Of a DNA stretch of 64,000 nucleotides, positions 41,252 through 50,097 are shown in pieces. The DNA is from Dehalococcoidia bacterium. GTDB taxonomy: Bacteria > Chloroflexota > Dehalococcoidia > Bin125. The DNA lies in the NCBI GenBank assembly GCA_963662615.2, contig CAXXSR010000001.1:1280001-1344000 (forward strand), read 5' to 3'. A program made the translations under genes and the position numbers. The notes beneath the pieces were generated by a model. The model saw nothing but the letters and a program-made list of their open reading frames with translations. It was not told the DNA's origin and did not search any database. Positions within the stretch are counted from its first letter, which is position 1. Each line of letters begins with the position of its first letter.

Positions 41252-41782
41252 GTGGTTCAGATCCTGGATCCCACTGACGAACGCGAGCCGGTGCAGCGCC
41301 AGTTGGCCGGCCGGCCGGAGGCCCTCGTGGGCACCATTGGCCTCCTGGACATCTCCAAGCCTCGCGGCGACGTGCTCATCGATCGCATCGAAGAGCGCCT
41401 GCGCGAGGAGGCGCCCGCCGTCGCCATCAAGCGCTACGCCAAGCCCACCTACACGAAGCCCGCGCCGGACAACCTCCGTCAACAGATAAAGAAGGAGTGT
41501 GACTTCGTTATCGAAGCCCTGGCCGATTGAGGATCTTGCACCACGTGCAGTGTGCACGACACGACCTGGTTTGAGATTCACGGCCTCCCGGCGCTCTTCC
41601 TCGCCTCCACCGAGTTCAGCGACGGCGCCGCCAAGCAGGCGGCCATGCTCGGGCTGCCGCAGGCGCGGGGCGTCTTCGTCCAGCACCCGGTCCAGGGCCA
41701 AACGGATGACGAGATGCGCGCCAAAGCTGACGCCGTCTTCGATCGCGTTCTGGAGGAGCTGACCCGCCCGGGTGACGCCTAA
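41252..41782 (+). CDS. UGSC-motif selenoprotein (Sec at TGA 41528-41530), 176 aa
   Basis: Two in-frame ORFs joined across a single TGA: EALAD-U-GSCTTCSVHD; hairpin follows the TGA; TAA at 41780-41782. Confidence 0.85.
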
Positions 41783-41833
41783 CCGCCACAGCGTGATGGC
41801 CGCGCAAGCCCCAGGAGGCGACAACCTCCTCCC

Positions 41834-42457
41834 ATGACCGAGCCCCAACCGGCACAAGAGCGCGCCACTTTACGCGGCCACCTTGATCACCCTCCCCAGA
41901 TCGAGGTGGAGCTGGACGCGCGCACCCTGATCCTCACCAGCGCCTGGGGCCTCTTCTCCTCCAAAGGCATCGACGAGGGGACGGCGCTCCTCCTCAAAGA
42001 GCTGGCGGCTCTCGCTCCGCAGTCACGTGTCTTGGACCTCGGCTGTGGCTACGGCGCCATCGGCCTCGTCCTCGCGGCGCTCTGGCCCGATGCAGAGGTC
42101 GTCCTGCTCGACAAGGACCTCCTCGCCGTCGAAACCGCCCGTGGCAACATCGATCGGAACGGCCTCACGAACGCCCGCGCCGTCCTCAGCTCCGGCTTCC
42201 GTGACGCACCGCCCGGTCCCTATGACCTCATCGCCTCCAACCTCCCGGCGCAAGCCGGCAATGAGGCCACCGACGAACTCTTCTTGGACGCCTACGAGAA
42301 CCTCGGGCCGGGCGGCACCCTCGTCGTGGTGACGGTCGTGGGCATGAAGCGCTATGTTCGCCGCCGTTTGCTCGCACTGTTCGGCAACCACCACAAGGCG
42401 AAGCAGGGACCGCGCCACATCGTCGCCGAGGCGACGCGGTCCCTCGACGGGCCCTAG
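41834..42457 (+). CDS. Small class I methyltransferase (RsmC/MTS-like)
   Basis: GLFS..GIDEGT.LL, LDLGCGYG, IASNLP. Confidence 0.85.
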   Translation: MTEPQPAQERATLRGHLDHPPQIEVELDARTLILTSAWGLFSSKGIDEGTALLLKELAALAPQSRVLDLGCGYGAIGLVLAALWPDAEVVLLDKDLLAVETARGNIDRNGLTNARAVLSSGFRDAPPGPYDLIASNLPAQAGNEATDELFLDAYENLGPGGTLVVVTVVGMKRYVRRRLLALFGNHHKAKQGPRHIVAEATRSLDGP

Positions 42458-42474
42458 CGCCCCCCCCCCGCGCG

Positions 42475-43206
42475 CTAACTCCCGGCCCCACGGACGCTCG
42501 GCGCCCCCACCGACGGGAAATCCGGCGCCCCGAGGCAGCGCACGGTATGCAGCCGCGCCACCTCCGGGTCCAATGCTGCCACAGCGAGCAAGCGGCCGAG
42601 GTCCTCCGGCGTGTCGATGTCCAGCGCCCAGCGTTCGGCGATGTCGCCCGGGCTCAACGGCGTCTCGACCGCGACCCCCGCCGCTCGTGCCGCCCTCGTG
42701 TGCCGCGCCGCCGATCCCCTTCCGAACGCGGGCGCAATGACCCCGGCCGGTCGCAGGAACAGCCCGTTGGTCCCGCCGTTGTGCGCCGGGGCGATGAGGA
42801 CCGCCGCCCCCTCGCCCGAGCCCGCCGCCGCAACAGGCGCCAGAAACGCATCCACGTCATCCGGCCTGATCAGCGGTAGGTCGGCCGGCACGACGAGGAG
42901 CGCGACGCCGTCCCCACGCTCTTTCTGGGCATGACGGATCGCAGAGTTGAGCCCGCGAACGCCGGCGGGCTGGGGCAGGAAGCCCGCATCTAGCCGTTCC
43001 GCTTCGCGCGCGGCCGCGGCGTCTCGGCTCAGGATCGTCACGCGTTGCACCGACGCCGCATTCCCCACAGCCGTCACGACGTCCTCCAGCATCGCTCGGA
43101 CCAAGCGGTTGCGCTGCTGCACCGTGAGCAGCGCCGTCAGCCGCGTCTTGCCGGCGGGCAGGCCGCGGACGGGGATCACCGCTTCGATTTGCGGGGCGTT
43201 AGCCAC
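42475..43206 (-). CDS. cofC: 2-phospho-L-lactate/PEP guanylyltransferase (F420 synthesis)
   Basis: VIPVR..GKTRL, GLN.A, PADLP, GGTNGL, FG..S, DIDTPEDL. Confidence 0.92.
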   Translation of the reverse strand: MANAPQIEAVIPVRGLPAGKTRLTALLTVQQRNRLVRAMLEDVVTAVGNAASVQRVTILSRDAAAAREAERLDAGFLPQPAGVRGLNSAIRHAQKERGDGVALLVVPADLPLIRPDDVDAFLAPVAAAGSGEGAAVLIAPAHNGGTNGLFLRPAGVIAPAFGRGSAARHTRAARAAGVAVETPLSPGDIAERWALDIDTPEDLGRLLAVAALDPEVARLHTVRCLGAPDFPSVGAPSVRGAGS

Positions 43207-43239
43207 GGCGCTCGGATGTCCCCGTCGAACGGCGCCCGC

Positions 43240-44187
43240 TCATGCCTGCAGCGCCTCGAGCGTTGCCGCTGCCAGAGCGCACTTCTCGGCGGCGCCTCTC
43301 ATGATCGTTTGCGTCACGACGCAGCGAACCCCCGTTTCGACGGTGATCGTCGCGGCTTCGTCGGCATCCACTTCATCCAGAATGAACACGTCGATGAGAT
43401 CCTGATAAAGACGCGCCACACCCAACGCCGACACCTGGTGGCCTAGGCTCTCCAGGATGGCGGCGGCCGGCCCTTTAATCGCCCGGCCCCCAACAATGGG
43501 CGTGACCGCCGCCGCCGGAGCGCTGCTGGTCAAGAGGCAGTCGCGCAACCCCGGGACGGCCAGAATGGGGCCAATAGAGAGAAACGGATTACTGGGCGCG
43601 ACGATGATCGCGCGCGCCTCCATGATCGCATCGTGTACGCCCGGAGCCGCCTCTGCGGCGCCGGCGCCGGTGAAGTGCAGGCCCGTGACCCGATCTTGCT
43701 GGCCCCGCTTTACAAAGTATTCCTGAAACGGCAGCTCTCCCGCCTCCGTCTCCACGATCGTCCGCAGGCGCTGATCGGTCACCGGCACGATCGTGCTGCG
43801 CACGCCCCGCGCCTGCGCGATCTCCGCCGTCACGGCGCTCAACGGCGCCCCCTCCGCCAGCCGCTGCGAGCGGTACAGGTGCGTGCCCAGGTCGCGGTCG
43901 CCCAGCTGGAACCAGTCCGGGCCGCCCAGCGCCCTGAGCGCCTCCAATGCCACGAACGAGTCGCTGCGAATCCCCCAGCCGCTCTCCGGGTTGACCTCGC
44001 CCGCCAGGGTGTACGTGACAGTGTCGATGTCGGGGGAGATGTACAGCCCTGCGAGTTCGAAGTCGTCCCCCACATTGACGATGGCGAAGACGTCCTCCGC
44101 CGCCACAATCTGCACCAGGCCTTCCAGGAATCGGGCCGCCCCCACGCCGCCCGACAGCACCACCACCGGTCCGCTCTTGGGCGACAT
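43240..44187 (-). CDS. cofD: 2-phospho-L-lactate transferase (F420 synthesis)
   Basis: LSGGVGAARFL, NVGDD, SPDIDT, LGDRD, FQEYFV, PSNPFLSIGPIL, KGPA. Confidence 0.96.
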   Translation of the reverse strand: MSPKSGPVVVLSGGVGAARFLEGLVQIVAAEDVFAIVNVGDDFELAGLYISPDIDTVTYTLAGEVNPESGWGIRSDSFVALEALRALGGPDWFQLGDRDLGTHLYRSQRLAEGAPLSAVTAEIAQARGVRSTIVPVTDQRLRTIVETEAGELPFQEYFVKRGQQDRVTGLHFTGAGAAEAAPGVHDAIMEARAIIVAPSNPFLSIGPILAVPGLRDCLLTSSAPAAAVTPIVGGRAIKGPAAAILESLGHQVSALGVARLYQDLIDVFILDEVDADEAATITVETGVRCVVTQTIMRGAAEKCALAAATLEALQA

Positions 44188-44242
44188 GGCGCGAGCGTAG
44201 CACGCTGCCCTCGCCACCCCGCAGACCGCGTTGCAGCGACCC

Positions 44243-44590
44243 TCACTCCACAGCGACGTTGACGTGGAACGTCCCCGCTTCTTCTTCGCCGACCTCCACA
44301 ACGACGGGCGCCACCTCCGTATCCGGATCGGCGAAGAGCGCACGCAAACGGAGAGAGCCCCGCGGCTCAAATTCCAGCACTTCTCCCAGCGCGCCCGACC
44401 AGCTCCCGCCGGGCCCATCGACAGTCAGCTCGCCCTCTCGCACGTTGTGCTCCTCATCGATGATGAGATGGATCGTCCCCTCCCACTCCTCGCTCGCGTC
44501 GATCGCCCGCACCGTGAGATGCCGGCTGCCGTCCAGCTGCATCTCGTCCGCCACGGCCTCCCCGCGCAGCGGAGGAACGTTGAGCGCCAT
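44243..44590 (-). CDS. Hypothetical acidic protein
   Basis: 115-aa ORF with TACGAT 6 nt upstream of ATG; no recognised motif. Confidence 0.6.
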   Translation of the reverse strand: MALNVPPLRGEAVADEMQLDGSRHLTVRAIDASEEWEGTIHLIIDEEHNVREGELTVDGPGGSWSGALGEVLEFEPRGSLRLRALFADPDTEVAPVVVEVGEEEAGTFHVNVAVE

Positions 44591-44662
44591 ACACGGATCG
44601 TAGCGCTGCGACGGAAAGCAAGCGCAGCGTCTACCCTGCAGGGCGTCGAAAGGAGCGGAAGC

Positions 44663-45334
44663 GTGACGTACGCGCAGCCGTCACTCGCCTGTCCGAGTTG
44701 CTCGGGGCCTGTGGGGACCGGCCGCTTCTGCCTCAGCTGCGGCCTCCTCAACCGCTACCCGGACTCGGGCGCCTACGCCGCCAGCCGCCTCCGCCGCTTG
44801 AGCGGCGCCGTCCTGGAGGCTCTCTTGCTGATGGTGACGCTCGGTATCGGCTGGCTGATCTGGCTGGCCATCGTCGCCCCTCGCTCACAGACGCCGGCCA
44901 AGCAACTCCTCGATATGTACATCCTCAGGGAGGACGGCACGCCGGCGACGGCCAGTCGCGTCTGGGCTCGCGAGTTGCTGGTCAAGGTTGTCATCTTCAG
45001 CGCGCTCGGTGTGATCACGGGCGGAATCACCAGCATTCTTGACCCGCTCTGGATCCTCTGGGACAAGGACCGCCAGACCCTCCACGACAAGATGGCGGAC
45101 ACGATCGTGGTGCGTCCTCGCCTGGGCCTCCACACGCTTCGCGAAGGCGCTCTCTCGGCCCCGGAGCCGTCTCCGCCTCCCTACGCGCCTCCGCCCCCGC
45201 CCGGCGCCGGCCCCTACGCTGCTTACCCTTCGATCGAAGAACGCCTGCGCGACCTCCGCGAGCTGGCCGACCGCGGCCTTATCACCCCCGACGAGTACGA
45301 CGAACGCCGCCGCCAGATCCTGGACGAGCTCTAG
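44663..45334 (+). CDS. RDD family protein with zinc ribbon and SHOCT-like tail (copy 1)
   Basis: AAGGAG SD; CPSC..FCLSCG; QTPAKQLL, RQTLHDK..T.VV; LADRGLITPDEY. Confidence 0.85.
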   Translation: MTYAQPSLACPSCSGPVGTGRFCLSCGLLNRYPDSGAYAASRLRRLSGAVLEALLLMVTLGIGWLIWLAIVAPRSQTPAKQLLDMYILREDGTPATASRVWARELLVKVVIFSALGVITGGITSILDPLWILWDKDRQTLHDKMADTIVVRPRLGLHTLREGALSAPEPSPPPYAPPPPPGAGPYAAYPSIEERLRDLRELADRGLITPDEYDERRRQILDEL

Positions 45335-45392
45335 CTCCAAGCCGGCGAACGGCCGCAGCCTGTACCCTGCCGAAGTCGAAAGGGACAGAGGA

Positions 45393-46052
45393 GTGACGCA
45401 CGCTTGGCCCGCGATGGCGTGCCCGCGATGCCATGCACCGCGCGGCGACGGTCGCTTCTGCGCGACCTGCGGCATCCTCAACCGCTACCCCGACTCCGAC
45501 GCCTACGCCGCCAGCCGCCTGCGGCGCTTGAGCGGGGCGCTCCTTGAAGAGGTCCTGTTCTTCGTGACCCTGATCGTCGGTTGGTTGATCTGGCTGTATT
45601 TCACCGCCAAGAAGTCGCAGTCGCCCGCGAAACAGCTGCTCGGGATGTACATCCTGAGGAAGGACGGCACGCCGGCGACGGCCCGTCGCGTCTGGGCTCG
45701 CGAGTTGCTCGTCAAGATCCTCATCTTCGACACGCTTGGTGCGATCACGAGTGGGATCACCAGCATTGTTGACGCGATCTGGATCCTCTGGGACAAGGAC
45801 CGCCAGACGTTGCACGACAAGCTGGCGGACACGATCGTGGTCTACCATCCCCAGCCGGGGATGGAGGCGCTTCGTCAGGCGGCGGATCCGGGGCAGCAAC
45901 CGCTGTCCGCCCGAGCCGGCGGAACCGGCGCCTACGCCAGTGGCGCCACGGTTCAAGAGCGCTTGCGCGACCTGCGCGAGCTGGCCGACCGCGGCCTCAT
46001 CACCACCGACGAGTACGAGGAGCGCCGCCGCCAGATCCTGCACGAGCTATAA
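45393..46052 (+). CDS. RDD family protein with zinc ribbon and SHOCT-like tail (copy 2)
   Basis: GAGGA SD; CPRC..FCATCG; same motifs as copy 1. Confidence 0.85.
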   Translation: MTHAWPAMACPRCHAPRGDGRFCATCGILNRYPDSDAYAASRLRRLSGALLEEVLFFVTLIVGWLIWLYFTAKKSQSPAKQLLGMYILRKDGTPATARRVWARELLVKILIFDTLGAITSGITSIVDAIWILWDKDRQTLHDKLADTIVVYHPQPGMEALRQAADPGQQPLSARAGGTGAYASGATVQERLRDLRELADRGLITTDEYEERRRQILHEL

Positions 46053-46163
46053 CTGGCAAGCTGGGCAAGCGCCAGAGACGCCGAGCCCCGGGATACGGTC
46101 CCGGGGCTCAAACGTCGCAGCGTGAGGGATGAGGGTCGGCGGCTCTACCTCACGCGTTTCGCG

Positions 46164-46499
46164 CTACGTTGGTGGATGGCGCTCGTGCCGCAATCGCATC
46201 GGCATGCGCCCGTCCTCTCTGATCACCACAATGTTGCCAACGCCCTCCCGCTTCGCAACGAACATCGCCTGCGACAGCGCCGTGCCGATGGTCGCGTAGG
46301 CCGTGTACGTCGGCCCCTCCACTACCTGCCAGCATGTTCCCGCCTGGCGCACCTCCACCTCCCCAATTCGCCTCGCTCCGGGCCGCACCCCCTGCCGCCG
46401 CTCCTCATGCAACAGCGGCGGCCGGTAGTTCAGCGTGACCCAACCGTTGGCGGACGGCGCGCCCACCTCCACATTCGGAACCGTTTCCGTACCTGGCAT
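46164..46499 (-). CDS. Hypothetical protein translationally coupled to nrdJ
   Basis: ATG overlaps the nrdJ TGA (TGATG); 111 aa. Confidence 0.5.
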   Translation of the reverse strand: MPGTETVPNVEVGAPSANGWVTLNYRPPLLHEERRQGVRPGARRIGEVEVRQAGTCWQVVEGPTYTAYATIGTALSQAMFVAKREGVGNIVVIREDGRMPMRLRHERHPPT

Positions 46500-49426
46500 C
46501 AGCTGCACCCGCTCGTCGCGCCACAATTGAAGCAGCGGTAACAGCTCCCGTTCCGCACCATCATGTGCCCGCATTCGTGGCAGAGCGGCGCGTCCAGCTG
46601 ATTCTGAAACGCCCCCGGGCTGCCCTTCCCGTTCGGCTCCGGCACGTCCTGAGCGCCTCGAATCACCGGGGACTTGCTCAAGTGCGCCGGAATCGGGACG
46701 CCCTCCGCCGCGCTCGCATCAGTCGGGGGGCCGGCGGGGCGCTCCTCCTGCAACGGCAGGGGCGCCTGCGCCGCCGCCACGTCGGCCTGCTCCGGCTTCA
46801 GGTACTGCAGCCCCATCCAGCGGAACACGTAGTCCAGAATGGAGCTCGCGTAACCGATCTCCGGGTTGCGCGTCCAGCCGCTCGGCTCGAAGCGACTGTG
46901 GCTGAACTTGCGCACCAGCGTCTCCAGCGGCACCCCCGACTGCAGCGCCACGCTCGTCAACGCTCCCACCGCGTCGACCAGCCCCGAGACGGTCGAGCCT
47001 TCCTTCGAGATGTGAATGAACATCTCCCCCGGCTGGCCGTTGGCGAACTGGCCCACGGTCAGGTAGCCCTCGTGGTCACCGATGCTGAACTTGTGCGTGA
47101 CGGCGTCGCGCTTGTCCGGCATTCGGTGACGGCGATACGCCGGCGGGGTCAGCGCGTTGTCGATGATCGTCGGCGTATCCGCGGAAGCGGTAGCCCGAGT
47201 GGTCGCGTTAGCGGTACTGGTCGCTGCGCCGACGTTGACGTCGATCTTCTTACCGTCGACCCGCTGCCTCGTCTCGAGCGGCTGAATTCGCTTGGAGTTG
47301 TCGCGATAGATCGCGATCGCCTTGACCCCCAGCTGCCAGGCCTGCACGTATGCGTCCATGATCTCGTCGACCGTGGCCTCTTCCGGCACGTTCACGGTCT
47401 TGGAGATGGCACCCGAGATGAACGGCTGCACGGCCCCCATCATGCGCACATGTCCCATGGGTTCAATGCTGCGCCCTTCCCCTTGGGATGGGCCGGCGCT
47501 CTTGAAGGCGCAGTCGAACACTGCCAGGTGCTCGTCCCACAGTCCGGGCGCGCCCTCAATGGTGCCGTTCTCATCGACGTAGGCGACGATCCGATCGACG
47601 GCGTCACTCTCGTAGCCCAGGCGCGCCAGCGCCGCCGGGACCGTCCCATTGACCATCTTCATGTAGCCGCCGCCGGAGAGGTTCTTGTACTTCACCAGGG
47701 CGATGTCGGGCTCCACCCCGGTCGTGTCGCAATCCATCATGAAGGCGATCGTGCCCGTAGGCGCCAGCACCGTGGCCTGCGCGTTGCGATAGCCGAACTG
47801 GCGGCCCAGCCGCAGCGCCTCGTCCCAGCTGTGATGCGCGGCGGCCTCCAACTCCGGCGGCAGCGTGGCCAGCCCCTCGATCGCGGCGACCGCGTCGCTA
47901 TGCTTGCCGATCACGCGCAGGAACGGCTCCCGGTTCGGCTGGAACTCCGCGAACGGCCCCACCCGTTCGGCGATCCGCGCTGACTGTCCGTACGCCTCTC
48001 CCGTCATCACGGCGGTAATGACCCCCGCCATCGCCCGGCCCTCCACCGAGTCGTAGGGGAGGCCGCGCGCCATCAAGAGCGCGCCCAAGTTCGTGTAGCC
48101 CAGCCCCAGGGGCCGGAACTTCTCGCTGTTCTCCGCGATCAGCGCCGACGGGTAGGAGGCGTTGCTGACCAAGATCTCTTGCGCGGTGATCAGGACCCGA
48201 CAGGCGTGGCGGAACGCCGCCACGTCCAAGGTATGCGAGTCCAGGTCGTAGAACTTGAGCAGGTTCAACGACGCCAGATTGCAGGCCGTGTCATTCAGGA
48301 ACATGTACTCGGAGCAGGGGTTGCTCGCGTAGATCCGGTCCGTGGCGGCGCAGGGGTTCCAGTCGTTGATGGTGGTGTCGAACTGCATGCCCGGGTCGCC
48401 GCACTGATGCGTCGCCTCCGCAATGGCGCGCAGCACATCACGCGTGCGCAGTTCGTCCACGGGCTCACCCGTCGTCACCGCTTGCGTCCAGTAGGCGCCG
48501 TCCGCTTCCAGCGCGCGCATGAAGGCGTCGCTGACGCGGACGCTGTGGTTCGCGTTCTGGAAGAACACGGAAGAGTACGCCTCGCCGTTGAGGCCGCCGT
48601 CATAGCCCGCTTCAATCAGCGACCACGCCTTCCGCTCCTCCGCCGCCTTGCACCAAATAAACTCCATCACGTCGGGGTGATCGGCGTTGAGGATGATCAT
48701 CTTCGCCGCCCGACGGGTCTTGCCGCCCGACTTGATCACGTTGGCGAAGGCGTCGTAGCCCTGCATGAACGAGACCGGTCCGGACGGCGTCCCGCCGCCG
48801 GAGAGACGTTCGCTGCTGGAGCGCAGCGTGGACAGGTTGCTGCCCGTGCCGCTGCCCCACTTGAACAGCAGCGCCTCCCGCGTCGCCAGGTCCATGATTG
48901 ACTCCATGGTGTCTTCCACGGAGTTGATGAAGCACGCGGAGCACTGCGGCTTCGCTTCCACACCCACGTTGAACCAGACCGGACTGTTGAAGGCGGCGTA
49001 CTGATTGACCAGCAGAAAGCGCAGTTCCTGCTCGAAGGCCTGGGTCTCGGCCTCGCCCAGGAAATAGCCGCCTTCGCGCCCCCACCGGCCGATGCTGTCA
49101 ACGACACGGTCGATCAGCTGCCGCACCGACGTCTCTCGCTGCGGGCTGCCCACCGCCCCGTAAAAGTACTTCGACGCCACGATGTTGGTCGCGTTCTGCG
49201 ACCAGAACGCCGGCACTTCCACGTCCGCCTGCTCGAAGAGGACCTCGCCGCTGTCCGACGTGATTGACGCCCTGCGGCGCTCCCAAGTGATCTCGTCGTA
49301 GGGGTGGACCTCGGGCCGCGTGAAGCGACGCCGCAAGAACGGCGTCCCGCCCGCGTCCGCGCCACCCGCCCCCTCGGCGACCGACACCTCAACGCCCACA
49401 GCGGCAGCTTCTTCAGAGTGGCTCAC
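46499..49426 (-). CDS. nrdJ: Class II ribonucleotide reductase with C-terminal TSCPD-like domain and zinc ribbon
   Basis: FNSPVWFN, QCSACFI, SGGKTRRAAKM, SNPCSEY, LAPTGTI, ISKTVN; terminal CHECG..CYRCFNCGATSGCS. Confidence 0.96.
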   Translation of the reverse strand: MSHSEEAAAVGVEVSVAEGAGGADAGGTPFLRRRFTRPEVHPYDEITWERRRASITSDSGEVLFEQADVEVPAFWSQNATNIVASKYFYGAVGSPQRETSVRQLIDRVVDSIGRWGREGGYFLGEAETQAFEQELRFLLVNQYAAFNSPVWFNVGVEAKPQCSACFINSVEDTMESIMDLATREALLFKWGSGTGSNLSTLRSSSERLSGGGTPSGPVSFMQGYDAFANVIKSGGKTRRAAKMIILNADHPDVMEFIWCKAAEERKAWSLIEAGYDGGLNGEAYSSVFFQNANHSVRVSDAFMRALEADGAYWTQAVTTGEPVDELRTRDVLRAIAEATHQCGDPGMQFDTTINDWNPCAATDRIYASNPCSEYMFLNDTACNLASLNLLKFYDLDSHTLDVAAFRHACRVLITAQEILVSNASYPSALIAENSEKFRPLGLGYTNLGALLMARGLPYDSVEGRAMAGVITAVMTGEAYGQSARIAERVGPFAEFQPNREPFLRVIGKHSDAVAAIEGLATLPPELEAAAHHSWDEALRLGRQFGYRNAQATVLAPTGTIAFMMDCDTTGVEPDIALVKYKNLSGGGYMKMVNGTVPAALARLGYESDAVDRIVAYVDENGTIEGAPGLWDEHLAVFDCAFKSAGPSQGEGRSIEPMGHVRMMGAVQPFISGAISKTVNVPEEATVDEIMDAYVQAWQLGVKAIAIYRDNSKRIQPLETRQRVDGKKIDVNVGAATSTANATTRATASADTPTIIDNALTPPAYRRHRMPDKRDAVTHKFSIGDHEGYLTVGQFANGQPGEMFIHISKEGSTVSGLVDAVGALTSVALQSGVPLETLVRKFSHSRFEPSGWTRNPEIGYASSILDYVFRWMGLQYLKPEQADVAAAQAPLPLQEERPAGPPTDASAAEGVPIPAHLSKSPVIRGAQDVPEPNGKGSPGAFQNQLDAPLCHECGHMMVRNGSCYRCFNCGATSGCS

Positions 49427-49521
49427 GACTCAACCTGGATCAACAACGGCGTGCGCCTCGCGCCACCGATTCTGGTACAGAAGTTCTTACGGTGCTAAAG
49501 CAATATCGCCTTAGCGGTTTG

Positions 49522-49567
49522 CTCAATATAGGCCACGTCAGGGGGCTGTCAACCCCTAGATGTGGTG
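49522..49567 (-). promoter_or_regulatory. nrdJ promoter with tandem NrdR-box-like sites
   Basis: Minus strand: CACCACATCTAGGGG (49567-49553), TTGACA (49552-49547), 16 nt, TATATT (49530-49525) inside a second box about 31 bp from the first. Confidence 0.7.
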
Positions 49568-50097
49568 ATCAGGCCCAATTGAGCTTCAAGATCTGGGTTC
49601 TCGTCAACTACGACGATCACCGTCGCCAACAACCCTCACATAGCAAATGCCAACGGCCGGCGCGAGCCCAGAGTTGCCCCCGGCTTGCCATATTCGCTGG
49701 TTCCGCTCGCTATGACGCCAGAGATCTGGCCTCTCCACTCCCATCCCCATACCGTCGATGCCTGTCCACACTCGCGACTCACACCTTGTCCCCACTTTCG
49801 CTCCAGGAAGGCAGCGATACACTCGCCGCGCGCCGCCCTCCCGACGCGGCGGCCGCCCCTCGTTAAGGGGCAGCTCGTTGGTCCCCTCACGCTGTCGCTG
49901 GCGAGACGCGATCGGGCGGGGCGGCCCACTCACGCCCGCGCCGGAGGAGCGCCCGGCCTCGGACCTGGAGCCGCTCTCAACGAGGATGCGCTGCCGCGCC
50001 TCGATTCACCCGAGCGCTGGCGTGGACGGCCTCCTGCCCTGATCTGCTTCGCCCCCGGCGCCTGTCGATGGCGCACTTGCCCCGGCGCCCCTGGCTC

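Noticed and set aside
41552-41782. Independent 76-aa gene starting at GTG 41552
   Set aside because: No SD at a suitable distance, and it would cut off the GSCTTC motif; better explained as the C-terminal half of the UGA-recoded protein.
42460-42469. C10 homopolymer as a phase-variation tract
   Set aside because: Lies between two convergent stop codons, so length change would not alter a reading frame or promoter.
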